A stretch of DNA of 64,000 bases from Laetmonice hystrix. Lineage: Eukaryota. Location of the stretch: assembly GCA_965235115.1 (NCBI GenBank), contig OZ249439.1:28768001-28832000 (forward strand), given 5' to 3'. A program made the translations under genes and the position numbers. Under the pieces are notes generated by a model that saw only the letters and a program-made list of their open reading frames with translations, was not told the DNA's origin and made no database searches. Below are positions 1-12,886 of this stretch, piece after piece (the first letter of the stretch is position 1; every line of letters starts with the position of its first letter).

Positions 1-411
1 TGCCCCTTGCTGCCACAGTACTTTGGCAATAGCAATGCAGCCTAACCCCCTAACTCTTGCTACCACAGTACTTTGGCAATAGCAATGCAGCGTAACCCTC
101 TGCCGCTTGCTGCCACAGTACTTTGTCAATAACCATGCAGCCTAACGCCTTGCCCCTTGCCGCCACAGTACTTTGGCAATAGCAATGCAGCCTAACCCCC
201 TACCTCTTGCTACCACAGTACTTTGGCAATAGCAATGCAGCGTAACCCTCTACCGCTTGCTGCCAAAGTACTTTGGCAATAACTATGCAGCCTAACGCCT
301 TGCCCCTTGCTGCCACAGTACTTTGGCAATAACAATGCAGCGTAACCCTCTGCCCCTTGCTGCCACAGTATCTTGGCAATAACAATACAGCCTAGCGCCC
401 TGCCCCTTGCT
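1..411 (+). repeat. 50-bp minisatellite, left arm (about 8 copies, runs off the window edge)
   Basis: Unit TGCCCCTTGCTGCCACAGTACTTTGGCAATAGCAATGCAGCCTAACCCCC repeats at 1, 51, 101 ... 401. Confidence 0.95.
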
Positions 412-841
412 CTCACATTATCTTGGTAATATCTAATCAGAAACCATGCCATCTGTCATTTCAATTAAAATTGATAGACTCTTTGATTACTTGCACTGTA
501 ACCATAAACTTTACCATTTATGGCAAAGAGACTGATCAATTTGGTAAAAATAAAATTGATTTATTGATGAGTGTCGACATTCTTGTTAATTCAGAATGCA
601 GATGCACTCGTGAGAGGAGTGGCACCTCCATCACTCACGCAGCTCCACGTACCAGACTACCGCCAACATACGTACCAGCAGTTCTTGGCCGAACCATTCA
701 AATGACTGTGGAGCGAGGGACTGCACAGGGACTGGCCGCGCCAAAAAATCCAGTGCGACAATTGTCATGTCTGGTTTCATTATCAATGTGAACAGCTTAG
801 ACAATGGAAACCAAAGCTGACAACATCGGTTAACAAATTGT

Positions 842-1538
842 TACTGTGGCAGCAAGGGGGGGGGGTAGGCTGTATTGTCATTGCCAAGGTACTGTGGCAG
901 CAAGGGGTAGGGGGTTAGGCTGCTTTGTTATTACCAAAGTACTGTGGCAGCAAGAGGTAGGGGGTTAGGCTGCTTTGCTATTACCAAAGTACTGTGGCAG
1001 CAAGGGGTAGGGGGTGAGGCTGCATTGTTATTGCCAAGGTACTGTGGCAGCAAGGGGTAGGGCGTTAGGCTGCATTGTTATTGCCAAGGTACTGTGGCAG
1101 CAAGGGGTAGGGCGTTAGGCTGCATTGTTATTGCCAAGGTACTGTGGCAGCAAGGGGTAGGGGGTTAGGATGCATTGTTTTTGCCAAGGTACTGTGGTAG
1201 CAAGAGGTAGGGGGTTAGGCTGCTTTGTTATTACCAAAGTACTGTGGCAGCACGGGGTAGGGGGTTAGGATGCATTGTTTTTGCCAAGGTACTGTGGCAG
1301 CAAGGGGTAGGGGGTTAGGCTGCTTTGTTATTACCAAAGTACTGTGGCAGCAAGGGGTAGGGGGTTAGGCTGCATTGTTATTGCCAAGGTACTGCGGCAG
1401 CAAGGGGTAGGGGGTTAGGCTGCTTTGCTATTACCAAAGTACTGAAGCAGCAAGGGGTAGGGGGTTAGGCTGTTTTGCTATTACCAAAGTACTGTGGCAG
1501 CAAGGGGTAGGGGGTTAGGCTGCTTTGCGATTACCAAA
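842..1538 (-). repeat. Same 50-bp minisatellite in inverted orientation, right arm (about 14 copies)
   Basis: Units AGGCTGCATTGTTATTGCCAAGGTACTGTGGCAGCAAGGGGTAGGGGGTT are the reverse complement of the 1-411 units. Confidence 0.95.
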
Positions 1539-2129
1539 TTATTGTTGCCACTGGTGTCCACTTTTTCCAAGTGTTCCATATTACTATACAGATTCAGGCC
1601 AAATTACTGTTTTACTGTAACTCGCGAAGGAAGTTCTGAAAGGCTTTTTTTCAGGGTTACACAGTTTCGCATGTTAATTGGCATCTCCAAATTATATAGG
1701 CCTACATGTATAAGTACGCCTACATTACCAGGTTACCTTGACTACGTCAGCAAACTACGAGTATACCTTTTGCTTTTACACCTAAGATTTTCTCCACACC
1801 GACAGTTGTAATTCTCTATGTCCAATGTGAAGGGTCGTTAGCAATAAAGCTCATGTTCAACATATAGTACCACTTGACTTCCTGACTTACTTCCTGTCAA
1901 TAAACGTCACGTTAAGACAGCGTCACCTGACAAAGTACTTCGCCATCAAAAACGTCCTTGTGTGTCATGAAAAAGTGTGTCAACACTAAATCTCAGGTCC
2001 AAATATTTCATGTTTCCAGACAAAAGGGACGTTGGCTCAGTAGGTCATGCTTCGAAATTGTAGTATAGGCCTAATTACACTTTTTCCTGTCAAAGTAGGC
2101 CTACTTTGGTATTAAAAACCGTATTGATA

Positions 2130-2280
2130 CAGGGCGGATGCGGGATTTAGGAAGGGGCGGGGTTAAGGGAAGAATTTTCTGGGGGGAGGGGAGTAGTCAT
2201 GGACAATTAAGACCGTTCAATGGTGAAAAAAAGACAAAATTGGCTAGGGGGTTAAATCCCTACCCCCGGATCCGCCACTG
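2130..2280. mobile_element. MITE, CAG(T)GGCGGATCC terminal-repeat family
   Basis: CAGGGCGGATGCGGG ... CCCGGATCCGCCACTG ends; flanks TGATA/ATATA give only an imperfect TSD. Confidence 0.6.
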
Positions 2281-4105
2281 ATATAACGCGGTAATAGTCT
2301 GAACGTGAACAACTTTTGTGCTTTCACACTTCAGTGCATGTGTACCCATAGACTTTGGTAACAGCGCTTCCAGACAAAGTTCTTCGTCCACATGTGCAAT
2401 AAGAGTTCCTGATAAAGTTGCTGACAAAGTACTTTGATACTGAAGCCCACGGCCGGTCTTCTGCACAATCGTGTGGCTTTATAATGCGGACACAGTACTT
2501 TGTTACATGCATCAACCCCGAGTTGACCGTATACATGTTTCTTGCTTCCAAAGTACTTTGGCAGGATCAGGCAACAAGCAGTTTGTAAGCCAGTCGCCCA
2601 TTGGTACTTTGGCAGCAATTACCCTGGCTTGTTGCTGCCAAAGTAGAAATACTGTATTTTGATTGGTACTTTGGCAATAACCTTTTGGTGGTCTTCCGCC
2701 CAAAGTACTTTGGCAGCAGCCATAATTTATACTTCTATTGGATAAGCAAACGTAAAGGTAATTAAGCATTTCCATAGTTAGCGGATATACGCTTCCTCTC
2801 GTAAACAATGAATGGTTAAGTAAGCAGTGGTCATTAGAGGCAACGGTAGGTTCAATATAATCATACATATAGTAGCTCCAACACAGTGGGTTTAGCAGTT
2901 TAACATATCAAGCTCAGTGCGGAGCAGCCGATTCGTCTGACAGCATCAGAAGTATCCAAGCACAGGGAATATAGCTGAAATCATCCAGTAATAAAAATTG
3001 TTTTTTTTTCATCGTTTCATATCTTTTACTCAATATGACTTTCTCCCCACTGATTTGCTTTTGTTATTGGTTGGCCTTTCTTGTAATAGAAAAAAGTAGT
3101 CGTCGCCTTCGAATTCATGGTCGTAACTCGGTGCACCGTTTGCCGCTGATCTAATGTAGTCGCCGAGGCTGTTGGTGTGCCCATGTCGCCAGATAACCTC
3201 ATTCCCTCTACTAATGGCTCCGAGAAAGGGGTGTGCCCCGTCGGGTTCCGGCACAGAGGTAGGGGCCATCGGGGCTGGCCAATGCCTGACGTACGGCTAT
3301 ATTCGGGGGGTGTTGGTTGCAGTCTGCCTCGACGTGAATTTCCTTAGAGGATGATGGGCTAATGATATTTTCAGAGCCACGGTTTCTAAGATAATGGTGC
3401 CGAGAAGAGGCCCCAGACCGAGGCTTGCCTGAGGTTCGTCCGGTCACCCGTTTCTCCGGGGAACGCGGAGAGGGTCGCTGGTCGCCTACTTCCATTCCAG
3501 GTACTAATCTTTACTTGATCTCATCGGACGCGTCACAATTCTGGCCTGCATCGTCCTCAGCGTCAATGCCAGGGCTCCCTTCGTCGGAAGTTCATACTGG
3601 GCACCCAGAACCTCTTTCCTGCCTGCAACCCTTCTGGAAAATATCCCCGCTTCCAATCGACACTCGAAATTGCGGCTGAGAACTAGAATCGAGGGCCGTG
3701 TGAACTTTTGAGTCATCCCCATTATGTCCTAATGATGGTCGTTTACCGGTACTACCGGTTAGTGGGAATGGTGCAAGCCGACGTGCTGGAAACTATCACA
3801 ATGGCTCCTCTCATCTGAAGAGGACAGAGGTGCTTTTATTCTGGCCCGCTCGGAGCTGACTGATTTGTTTTTTGTCGGGAGGGTCCCTTGCGACTTTTGA
3901 CCACTCTTAGAGGAAACCATATTACAGGAGCATCCCAAATAGGGTTGTCCAAATCGATATTTCATTTGAGGAAAAATCGATGCGCCTGCAGTGGGCCCCA
4001 GTGGTGGTGGTGGTGGTGGTGGGGGGGGGGGGGGTGCCCCCAATGGATAGCCCGACCGGCGCACTGTCTGTCTGTTAGTCGGTGTCGTCGCCCCCTCCCC
4101 GGCCA

Positions 4106-4327
4106 GCCGGCTCACCCATCCTCCTGCCGGCTCACCCATCCCCCTGCCGGCTCACCCGTCGCCCTGCCGGATCACCCGCCCCCTGCCGGATCACCCGTCC
4201 CCCTGCCGGCTCACCCGTCCCCCTGCCGGCTCACCCGTCCCCCTGCCGGCTCACCCGTCCCCCTGCCGGCTCACCCGTCCCCCTGCCGGCTCACCCGTCC
4301 CCCTGCCGGCTCACCCGTCCCCCTGCC
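4106..4327 (+). repeat. 20-bp GC-rich minisatellite (CCGGCTCACCCGTCCCCCTG), about 11 copies
   Basis: Direct tandem copies visible. Confidence 0.95.
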
Positions 4328-5816
4328 CACATATAACATGCCCACAGGGATACCTTCTTTTAACCGAGCTGTTTTAATACACGACAAGGCCCTTATTATT
4401 ACAACAAAAGCTGGATCACCTTTTCCAGAAATGCACGGATTTCGACATGAACGGGTCGACGAGTATTACCTTTCAATATATATGTTCAATTATTTAAAGC
4501 CGACATGTATGCCACATTCAGCGTTATTTTGAATCCTTGGAATTGCGAAGGAAATCCCCACGTGACCCAAATATTGAACAACCCAACATTCCTCAACCAA
4601 GAGAAAAAGAAATCCAAACCCGGCAGCAAGCCTGCCAACTCCCCCTACTGACGCTATCTCAGCAAAGATAATTCATTAGACATTATTAACAGAGCGTAAA
4701 ATCAAGTATTCACGGGATAAACGCACTACTGCGCTCTCCTACGGAGGCGGCGGTGTATGAAATCATAGCAAAATAGACTCTTGGTCCGCTGGAGATTCCC
4801 CCGCTTTGACTTCTTTATCGCAGCTGTTCAATATGATGCCTGGTCGGGATGCAGCCCCAGTCAACGTGTGACGTAAAACTGCCTTACGGCATTGTTTTCA
4901 TTTCAGTCTCCTTTGCCTGTGGAACTCGACCGCATGTATGCATACTCCTATTGCACTGCCCTGTCTCACACGAGAGGCATCGAGTCAGATTATGATACTG
5001 AACCGTGCCTAAAGTACAAGAAAATCCCTTTTGCGGGCAAGCAGTGCAAACACAAGCCATCGATTAACATGTACCCCCGGGCGTTTGGCGCGTCTCCGTC
5101 GAAGCTGGTCGATGTCTGTGAAGAGGCAGGGAAGACCTATTGACGGTCGGCAGTTGGTTTGTTCTGCCGCCAACAATGCCGGTTTAAGTCGTGTCGTCGG
5201 AACCCAAGGAGGATGTTGACACTAATCAAAGGACCCCAGCGGCGAAAAATGGCGGCGGGACGGATGCCGTAAGTGGGTTCGAGCTGCTCTAGTCAGTACT
5301 CATCGGGTGTTGTATGATCGCGGCCCAGCAACGCTCATTATGGCAGGCTTCGGTCGGGGGCTATACAAACGGCAAACGTCAATGGGCGTCGGCGGCGCTC
5401 ATAGAATCAGACACCTTGTAGGTCATAGGTTGCTTTGTCAACCCGCGGACCTCCCTCTCGAGCCATTGTGTGGGTACTGGCTTGCATCTTTCTATCTGCA
5501 TAAATGAAGATCTGTTTGTTCCATCTAATAAGCACCATTAACGTCATCTCAAAGTGAACGCCAGCAATAAGCCAAATTTGGCGGCTTCGCCCTAACTGAA
5601 TGGTGCATGCTTATGGGGTAACAACCAGAAAAAAAATGCTGCTTCTATCAATTAAAGCCTGGAATTACTTTAATGTTGCATGTAATAAAAATCCAGATTC
5701 CGAGAGCACGAACAAGATTATAGATGCAACCCTTGATTTTATCAAGTATGATTTTGTATACACGGTAAGGTAATACTTTCCTTGTGGCATGTGCGATAAG
5801 TATCTCTGAGTGTTTA

Positions 5817-6033
5817 CCTTAATCCCCCCACTTACCTGTCCTATTCCCTAGCGCATAAAATTTCAGATTTCAAACAGCTCAGCATGTCCTATTCAAAATG
5901 TGACAGATACACGACCTGGTTTTGATAGGGCTGTTCTGTTATCGCTTGTTACCCCCGACCAATGTAGTGCCTTTTCGGACTTGGACAATTTTCGGCCACT
6001 TCGGGAAAAGGACAGGTAAGTGGGAGATTAAGG
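5817..6033. mobile_element. MITE with TA flanks (Tc1/mariner-like)
   Basis: TA|CCTTAATCCCCCACTTACCTGTCCTATTCCC ... GGGAAAAGGACAGGTAAGTGGGAGATTAAGG|TA, a near-perfect TIR of about 31 bp. Confidence 0.75.
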
Positions 6034-6302
6034 TATAGAACCGTGCCCGTAGAATAAGATACAAAGATAGTATCCACAAGATCTTGCTTGACATAATCAT
6101 TCAATTATTTTCTAGAGCACGGAATCAACGTTCATTTGAATCATTTGACGTAATACGTAAATGAATTTTAGGGCGGGGGGTGACTTCCGGTCCACCCCTC
6201 CCTCAGGGTTAGACTGGACCGGAAGTCAAGTTGGCTGTCAATGTTTCGTCTTGTATTTTTAGCTTAAACAAAAAGCTGTTAGTCTTCTGATTCCTCTGTC
6301 TC

Positions 6303-6495
6303 NNNNNNNNNNNNNNNNNNNNNNNNNNNNNNNNNNNNNNNNNNNNNNNNNNNNNNNNNNNNNNNNNNNNNNNNNNNNNNNNNNNNNNNNNNNNNNNNNN
6401 NNNNNNNNNNNNNNNNNNNNNNNNNNNNNNNNNNNNNNNNNNNNNNNNNNNNNNNNNNNNNNNNNNNNNNNNNNNNNNNNNNNNNNNNNNNNNNN
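6303..6495. other. Assembly gap (193 N)
   Basis: Run of n characters. Confidence 1.
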
Positions 6496-7542
6496 TTACG
6501 TGACCACAGGTTGATTATGACGTCACCTCTTTTAACTCCTTTCCGCCTATGACATTAGCCGGTACATTCTGCCCGGTCTGTATACAATCCATATCGAGAC
6601 CGGTAATCGGATTGGTCCGGCCCTTCATCCAATCAGCAACAGTCTAACTTTGTTTAGTTGAGGAGTTGGTGATGTAATCGCCCATCCGTTCGTATTTCTG
6701 ACAGAACTGTCTCTAACATGGACATGCTAACATTATAATTACAGGGTGTGGACGGCACGACAGGACAAGACATGGACAACAGCATTTTCTCCTGACTTTC
6801 ATTTCAAATATCCGAAACGAAATCTGATTATTTTTCATAAATAATGAATTCCAATGAAGTTACTGTTTCGATGGGGTTGCTGACGGCACATTTGAGACCC
6901 AGAGAAAATGAGGCGCAAGAATAGAATAATTTTGTTAATTGGGGTAACAGCATCCTAACTACAGTATGTCCCCAAAAAATGATAGTCTAACTTAAGGTGT
7001 GTAATACACTTAGATATTTTAGAGGATTGTCGAATTTTGAATTTTGAAGTTGAAGTTGAACATAAAGTTTGATCCCCCTAGATAACTCTCAGCAAGTTTG
7101 GTGTTGACAGGGTCACGCATTACTGATCACAACCAGTATCTCCTTTTGACAATGGAATACAGACTATCAATTTCTGGCGGGACATGTATACTGTATAAAC
7201 AACTGTATGTAGGTTCTATTGCTTGCATTCCTTTGATTGGCATTCTACAGAACATCCCTCCTAGCTGAGGCGATGAATGGGGTGAAAGCTGGTGTATCGA
7301 AGTGGTTGAGCGTTGGCTTGCAGAATGGCATGAGACACATAATATGTGTGCGTCCAACCAGTACCATTTCGCATCTCGACAGTCTCCAGAGCTCCATAAC
7401 TGGGGCGTCAAAGGCTTTATATCCTGCCGGGTCCGACCTGGCCGATATAAGAACTCTTGACAATTCTTTTTAAAGGGAAGATTCTTCTCGGTGATGGGGT
7501 TCTTCAGTACATCGTTACCACCTGGGACTCGGGAGAGCAATA

Positions 7543-7786
7543 CTGCCGTGAAATGACAAAAGGAAGCAAGTCCAAAAGTTCAAGTTTCGAGAAATGGACA
7601 TAAACAAGCTGTCTCTACAGTGCAGTTGGATGGGCATGCTTCCTTCTGTCATGTGACTGATAGCTTCATAGAAGGATGTTTAGCAGAAATACACCCATTG
7701 ATAGACTTACTTCCCTGAATCCGAATTTACACTTAAGTCGATTTTGATGAAAGTTGGACTTGCTTCCTTTTGTCATTTCACGGCAG
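7543..7786. mobile_element. MITE with perfect 33-bp TIRs and 4-bp AATA target duplication
   Basis: AATA|CTGCCGTGAAATGACAAAAGGAAGCAAGTCCAA ... TTGGACTTGCTTCCTTTTGTCATTTCACGGCAG|AATA. Confidence 0.85.
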
Positions 7787-9239
7787 AATAGGCCTCGCCT
7801 AACAAGTTATAAACCCTTTATTATCGCCCTGAATATAGCAGATATACCACAGCCAGGGTATAAAGTCACCAATGCCCTCACAAAGCTGGGATGTATTTCT
7901 CTCCAAGGAAGACTGAATACTGGGTTAGGGAATCTTGATCATATAAAAGAAACATTGCAAAATGAGCTAGACTTAGCAATCAGACATGACTTTGATATAG
8001 AAATGGCTTTGGCATCCGAGTGAACAAAAGGTGAGAAATATTTCAGAATATTCCAGTTTTTTTTTATATACGCCAAGGAAACATATTTAGAGAATTGTGG
8101 CGATGGTATTCCTACAATAAAATACATGGAACGGACGATGGACGACTGTTTTATATTCTCACATAATGACGTGAACGCTTCCCACACAATCTATGGTGAA
8201 ATTCACACATACATACGATAGCCCGTACATATTGAGGTAGACACACAATACACTTACGAGAGTCAGAGCTTCACGGCTACACATCTTTAAGCAGATATGA
8301 TGACATTATTACATCAGATTACACGTATACCATCTAGTAGGGACCTACAATTGACAACACCCTATATAGAATGGAATAATCTGATGCTATTCTCAGATCT
8401 GATTGTCCCACATCGGGTCAGGATTCCTAATATGCAGGTCAGAGCCCTGCGCAATTTTATACTCCCCCCTTCACTCGGCGTGGTGGGGTGCGGCCAACCG
8501 GTTCGGGAGGGGTGGGGGCCGATAGCGTGCCGTCCATCCGGCTCACCGGCCCACCGGCAGGCCCACCGGCCGCGGGACGAGTCGCTGCATCTCATCGGTC
8601 TAAATTTACGTGACACGCAGATACAAATTGGGCCCAGACTCGTCAAATGAATAATCAATACCGATTTTGGGAGTGGCCCGGTTGGTGTAGGTTCTGGGAG
8701 GGGATGGGGGGAGTGGTGCCTGAAATAAAAAAGGGTTTCGCCATATATTTTTGTTTGGTTTTGTCAATTTTAGGTAAAGGCCCATTGAGAGTGTCTATAG
8801 ATGCGCACTGACATGGCCGTACAGCCGTTACCCAGGCAGCTGTTTGACAATGTGACCTGTATAAGGACGGGGTTGCAGGCAGAGCCTGTCACCTTGGGCT
8901 GTGGGCTGCACGACCTGCCACCCTAGCTGACCCCATCAGTCCCTGCCCGATCCCCCCCTGACGTTCGGCCAATTCCTAACGTGATAGGTGCCTTAATGGC
9001 ATTCTGAAGTCCGAATATTTCACGACTGCTTGACTGTAGAGGTCCGTTACAAGGTCAGGGGGCGATCGGTCAGGGCAACAATACTACACCGGCCGGCCTA
9101 TAGAAGCTCGGCTTTATAGCTATCCTTTAATAGGTGCTTTCTGACGACCACGCACCTCCCCCGTTAAAAGACCAGGCAGTCAGCAATACGGATTAAGTCT
9201 CCAGTCTTGGTGCCATATAATTTATACCATCACCTGAAG

Positions 9240-10778
9240 CGGGGTCGCTTGTGAGGGGCTGTCCCGGGAGGTGCATTTATTTCCCAAAAATAGCTGCCAT
9301 TAGCAGTGGGATCAAGTCTGAAATTGAAGAGGGGTGGGGTGGGATGTTCGCGTGGCTGGCGGAGGGGGGCGGGGGAGGGGGGGGGGGGGGGTCCGTGAGC
9401 TGCTCCTGGACGCTGTCGGCGCACTGCATGTGGATATCATTGGCTTGGCGATCCGGTAAAGCTCGACATTGGAAGGCTGGTCGGATATGGTGGTAGTTTG
9501 ACGTCGTTCGCGTCCACAACCACTACCACCACCAACCACCACCGCCACCACCACCCGCCCGGCCTGCCTGCCTCCTCCTTCCCTCCCTGCCTGCCTCCTA
9601 CCGGCCGGCCGGGTCGCGTCGCCAGCACAGGATGCCCGCCCGCCACTCAGCCTGCTCCGTAATTATACCGAGAGATTTATCGCGCGCTCCTTAGCCGACC
9701 CTTCGACAACACTGGGCAGACCGCTCGAGCCTGCCGATGGACGGGTCGGTGTAAGAGGGTCCATTCACACCTCAATCCATGCCGTCAGACTCTCAGTGTA
9801 TAAGACTGTCATTGTCGACGCTAACATGAGTGGATTGTATTGAGATGGACTATTACCGTCTGCTGAGTGCAAATTACGTATTAATACGATAATCTGTGTT
9901 GTTCTGCAGTACCATAAGAAGGTTGTGCGTCAAAAAGGGTTGTGAATCTTTGTGAAGGTTTTCTTTTAAACCAGCCACACCCTGTTCACATAAAAGGCAC
10001 TCTTATAGCTGATGTGCTGATTTAAAGGCGAGGGGTATACCTTGTAAAATCGACAATTGCTTTTCCCACGGAAATCTGCGTTGATATCATCGGATACAAG
10101 GATACGGTTGTTCCAGTCCGTTACAATACGGACCTGTAAAAAACACCTAAGATACACAAACAATACACACAGTGAGGGATACATAGTTGTACGGATACAG
10201 TTCCCAGCTAGTGGTCAATGTACGTTTGAGATATTTGCCAACTCGAGAGGCATGTGAGCACATTACCTATTCATTGACAGGCGTTGGGAAGACAGGCAGA
10301 GCGCGAGAGAGACAGAGAGAGAAAGAGAGAGAGGTAGGTAGAGAGGAGCATGCTGTCGGTCTGGGCCCACGTTCCACAAGTCAGCCGTCGCCCCGCCCGC
10401 TCGCCGCGACACTGCAGCCTCTGAAGCGAGCAGTCGCCAGCACCATCCTCGCCATAGCCTCACCGGGTACGGGAGCAGCCACCACCACCACCACCCTGCC
10501 CCCTCAACGTCATCGGCTCCTCCCCGCCCGCGCATGCGCACTCCAGTTTCGCGACCAGCCCGTGGACGGACGGCCAAGGGACCGTTGACGGAGGGGAGGT
10601 GGATCGAGGCGAGCGAGAGGGCGTAGTGGCGACCGTAGGCCGAAAATGCGCTCGAGTTTGTTGCCCCTTGTTTGGTCCCAGTTCGGAATCCACACCCGAC
10701 TAAAATGTGAACTGCCGGACGGGGCGCGCTGACCGAGAGGCAGAGGGGGACCGTGTCGGGGCTCGGAAAGGCGGCAAC
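9240..10778 (+). promoter_or_regulatory. CpG/GC-rich promoter and 5' UTR region of the GluA gene, with a GA-rich tract near 10303-10348
   Basis: Dense CG/GC blocks at about 9330-9750 and 10270-10780 directly upstream of the start codon. TSS not determinable from sequence. Confidence 0.5.
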
Positions 10779-10869
10779 ATGAAGTACGTGAGGCTAATTC
10801 TCGTCCTCACCATCATACACTCTCTTCTCCTGGCCATGGTGCAAGCCTTCCCGAAACGCATCCCGATCG
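10779..10869 (+). CDS. GRIA: AMPA-type glutamate receptor (GluA) coding exon 1: signal peptide, MKYVRLILVLTIIHSLLLAMVQAFPKRIPI(G)
   Basis: ATG in context GCAACATG, then a basic residue, a hydrophobic core and VQA-F, a plausible signal peptidase site. Ends at a GTAAGT donor (10870), phase 1. IPIG matches the IQIG(G)LF motif at the start of the AMPAR ATD. Symbol is family-level only. Confidence 0.9.
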
Positions 10870-12886
10870 GTAAGTACCTGAAGCAAGCTCCACTTTCCTT
10901 ATACTTCTAAGAGGGATTTCTTTTTTTCTTTTTACCACATGGGCCGTTTTCCTTTCCAGAAATCTACATTCTTGCTCATCGATACCTTGGCTTGAAACAG
11001 TTTATCAGGATCAAGAGAGAGGTTTAATTATGCCTCATTGCTTTAAAATTTAATCAATTACGAAACCGAACGCGTAATTTCACCAGTGATCCCTTTGCAT
11101 TTCGTCTTAATCCGATGAGCTACGACTCGGGCTACGACAAACCAGGGCCGGTCGATTGCCGACCACTGGCTGGTGCGAGTTTTGTTTGCTATCTTTGATC
11201 AGTCTTGTTTGCTGTGGCCCGGACTGTAATGCTAGAGCCAGAATGCTAAAGGTGGTGTGTAAGCAACACCTGCATAATTCATAAGATGTCCTCCGGTATG
11301 GGCGGTCCAGTCAGGGAGTGCTCTCTCATGTTGATGGCCTTTTCCCTGACGCTGCACACGTGCGGTGACGACGGCCACCGCCGCGCCATGCCATGCCATG
11401 CCCGGCCCGCAAGCCAGGCCCGTTTGAGGTTGCTCGCAATTCGCCGCCGCCAACTTGCTTTACCGGTGCAGAAAACTGGATTCGGAGGAGAAATTGCCTC
11501 GGCGGAGCGAGCGCTCGCCAGCCCACTACCGCCCTCTATGTGTTACGTCTTCAGCGGCGCCGCCAATGGCAGGACGCTCTACTTGACCATATGGAGAGTT
11601 TTTAGTTTCAAGGACGGGATCTTTTATTTTGGTTATTTATTTTGTGTTTATTGGCCACCTTGGGTGTGCGCGTTTGTGTGTCTGTGTGGGTGGGTGGGGG
11701 GGGGGGGGCTGAAGGCGGGGTGTGAAACCTATTACAACGATAGACTCATAGCCTACTGACGTGTTTTACCGTGACCTCACGCGGTCAGCCGTCTGCAGGT
11801 CCCCCAGAAACAAGACTGGTCTAGAATATGGTAATGGAACAACGAACACGCAGACATTATATCCTCCAATCACCCCCTCCATTCCCCCACCTCTGCGTCC
11901 TCACTATGGAAACCCAACCAGCCCGGGTCAAGGAAATACTGTAATGAAGACGCACCATTGGATATAAGCCAATCAAAAGCGGGCAGACGGGGACATTAAA
12001 AGAGGAAGCCACGCCCATTTCCAGATACAGCATGTTGAAGTATGACCTGCCAAGTTCCGTTACCATAGTACCTGTAGCCGCACTTCAAGTTGATGAAGAT
12101 CCCAGCGACGGTTCCCACAGTATCGCCATAAAAGTATGGCACTGGGTCATCTATAGCATTAGCACTCATGTACATTCTACTGGAGATGGTTGTTAATGTT
12201 ACACTATAGCCAGGCGATCAAAAAAATGGGAGGGAATAATTCTCTGCAGTATGCTCTCAGTGTGATAAAATTATTGCTAATGATGAGTGTACTGCTTAAT
12301 AGGAATACAAGTGGATTCTGATACATCAAATAAGCAGTACGATGTCGGTGCATGGTTTGGTGATGCCCTTGATAGTACTGTATTAGATTTTTATTAGTTT
12401 GTTTAAGTAGCCTGAAAGGTAAAAGATATACATTAGGGGCCACCGGTTATAAAAGTCAACGCCCTGCAACTAAATTATTCAGACTTGTTGTCTGACTGCT
12501 AGTCTAATTCGCAATCTAATCGTATTTTATGAAAGGGTATTCAACAGATTTCTGCACAAATTATAGCTTTGTTGAATATACATATTGAAAATAGAGGTAT
12601 TTTCTAAAGGTCGAAGGAAAGACTTTGGCTGAAATGGCCAGCTGGTCGACCTCAATATAGGATGTCAGGAACATGATGAAAGCGATAATATCGAAAAAGT
12701 GCCTGATACCCGCATGTATATTTCTGACCCATAAACACCAAATGGCACCTGGACTGTAATGGGATGTGATAGATGTACTCTAGCCAGAGACTACCAACAA
12801 TATGATACATTCGCTGACACAGTCCATATTTAAAAATTTCACGAATATACTCAAAACAGTATTATCTCTAAATATTATCTCGCTAC

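Noticed and set aside
3030-3900. Coding-like minus-strand fragments (e.g. HTNSLGDYIRSAANG)
   Set aside because: Short, interrupted and without a motif I can recognise; needs a tBLASTx/HMM search.
3888-4532. 214-aa Pro-rich ORF
   Set aside because: Built from a homopolymer and the 20-bp GC-rich repeat.
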